Positions 51,960 through 52,877 of a stretch of 52,877 nucleotides of DNA are shown here, in pieces. The position numbers and the translations under genes are program-made. The DNA lies in IMG/VR virus record IMGVR_UViG_3300031720_000004, positions 1 through 52,877 of that record; one strand, given 5' to 3'. Under the pieces are notes generated by a model. The model was not told the origin of the DNA. It saw only the letters and a program-made list of their open reading frames with translations, and did not search any database. Each line of letters starts with the position of its first letter. The first letter of the stretch is position 1. This stretch comes from a virus. Taxonomy: Duplodnaviria; Caudoviricetes.

Positions 51960-52181
51960 CTATGCGGTGGCTGCTGTTCTACTCGGCCTGTGCGCTGGGC
52001 GCTCCAACTTCTGGAACTCATTCACAGCTTGCCGCGTGAACGTCCAGTCCCGTCCGATCCTCTCCCCACGCAGCCGTCCGGCCCGCGCCAGCGCCGTGAT
52101 GCGCGACGGATGCAAGTCGAGCATCCGTGCTACCTCCAGCGTGCTGAGCCTCCAGCGAGTGGTACTTCCTGCTCTTCCCAT
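51960..52181 (-). CDS. Excisionase-like (HTH_17-type) DNA-binding protein
   Basis: LSTLEVARMLDLHPSRITALARAGRLRGERIGRDW. Confidence 0.85.
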   Translation of the reverse strand: MGRAGSTTRWRLSTLEVARMLDLHPSRITALARAGRLRGERIGRDWTFTRQAVNEFQKLERPAHRPSRTAATA

Positions 52182-52198
52182 GTATCCTCCTCAGAATT

Positions 52199-52681
52199 CT
52201 ACTTCGACCGGCCTGAGTCGGTCGGGGCGATCCAATTGCGCACCCCAGCGATGGTGTGAGCAGGGGTCTGCCTGCTGCCCTTCTTCGCGCCATTGCCCCG
52301 GCTGGCGGCGCTGCGTTTCCGCGGCGTCTCTGCCTTCCTCGCCGAACCGAAGTAGAAACTTCCCATTGGAGCCTGTCCGGTCAGGTCGAACCGGACGACG
52401 ATTTTGCGCTCCCGCTCGGGGAGCAGATATCGCACCGCCAGCTTGCGTTCCGGATACACGATCATCGCCGTGCTGCGGCAAACGATCACTGGGCCTATCG
52501 TTTCCTCTTGACGCTTAACAGCGCAGGCGAACACGCACTGCATCGGGTCTTTGCGCTTGCTGAGCTTCAGGTCTTCCGGCTCTAACTGCACCGCCATTCC
52601 CTTGTGCGCATTGACTATCTCGAAGTCAGGGAAGTGCCTGCGCACATAGCCGACTGTCGTTACGAATCCTTCTGTCTTCAC
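52199..52681 (-). CDS. Hypothetical protein
   Basis: 160 aa; AAGGAG SD and GTGA coupling. Confidence 0.65.
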   Translation of the reverse strand: MKTEGFVTTVGYVRRHFPDFEIVNAHKGMAVQLEPEDLKLSKRKDPMQCVFACAVKRQEETIGPVIVCRSTAMIVYPERKLAVRYLLPERERKIVVRFDLTGQAPMGSFYFGSARKAETPRKRSAASRGNGAKKGSRQTPAHTIAGVRNWIAPTDSGRSK

Positions 52682-52877
52682 GGCATCTCCTTGTATTCAA
52701 ATGGCAGCTCGGGCTGCTCAACTTGCGGGTTCAGTAGCTTGTAGCGCGCGAAGTGCTTGCCATCCGGCGTGACCCCGTCCTCGGTGACAATCTTATGGCC
52801 GTCCTTTCGCAGCTTGTAGATGACCGCCGCCAGCCGGAAGCACCCGTAGCGATTGAGTGCTTCCAGCGGCGTGATGG
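52678..52877 (-). CDS. Winged helix-turn-helix (HTH_39-like) protein, 5' end outside the window
   Basis: Manual translation: ITPLEALNRYGCFRLAAVIYKLRKDGHKIVT...KHFARYKL. Confidence 0.75.
   Translation of the reverse strand, partial: ITPLEALNRYGCFRLAAVIYKLRKDGHKIVTEDGVTPDGKHFARYKLLNPQVEQPELPFEYKEMP

Overview
This window is a continuous ~53 kb stretch of a high-GC, siphovirus-like tailed phage or prophage; no host genes are visible and the host cannot be determined. Almost every gene is on the minus strand. Read right to left: (1) early regulation, recombination and replication genes (HTH proteins, Gp3-like protein, Cas4/RecB-like nuclease, DUF550-like pyrophosphohydrolase, AAA_25 helicase next to an iteron-like origin, HAD, HNH, VRR-NUC, DUF932-like and DUF2303-like genes); (2) an OB-fold gene overlapping a tRNA-like element, a structured RNA and two membrane genes; (3) packaging and head genes (TerS, TerL, portal, Nudix-MuF, a fibre-like module, a C39-like peptidase, a nucleotidase/ADP-ribosyltransferase/kinase protein, protease-scaffold, major capsid); (4) neck and tail genes (tube, frameshifted chaperone, tape measure, LamG proteins, partial fibre). 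The strongest unexpected signal is that at least eight genes, including major capsid, tail tube, prohead protease and helicase, appear to start at near-cognate codons (ATA, ATC, ACG, GTA) in one shared context: a Shine-Dalgarno, then TCA immediately before the codon. Other leads are a triple-enzyme head protein with a hidden antisense acidic partner gene, a tRNA-Thr-like RNA with a 33-nt T-stem insertion inside an OB-fold gene, two structured intergenic RNAs, and a peptide motif shared by MuF and the capsid protein. All family calls come from recognising motifs by eye; no database search was run.
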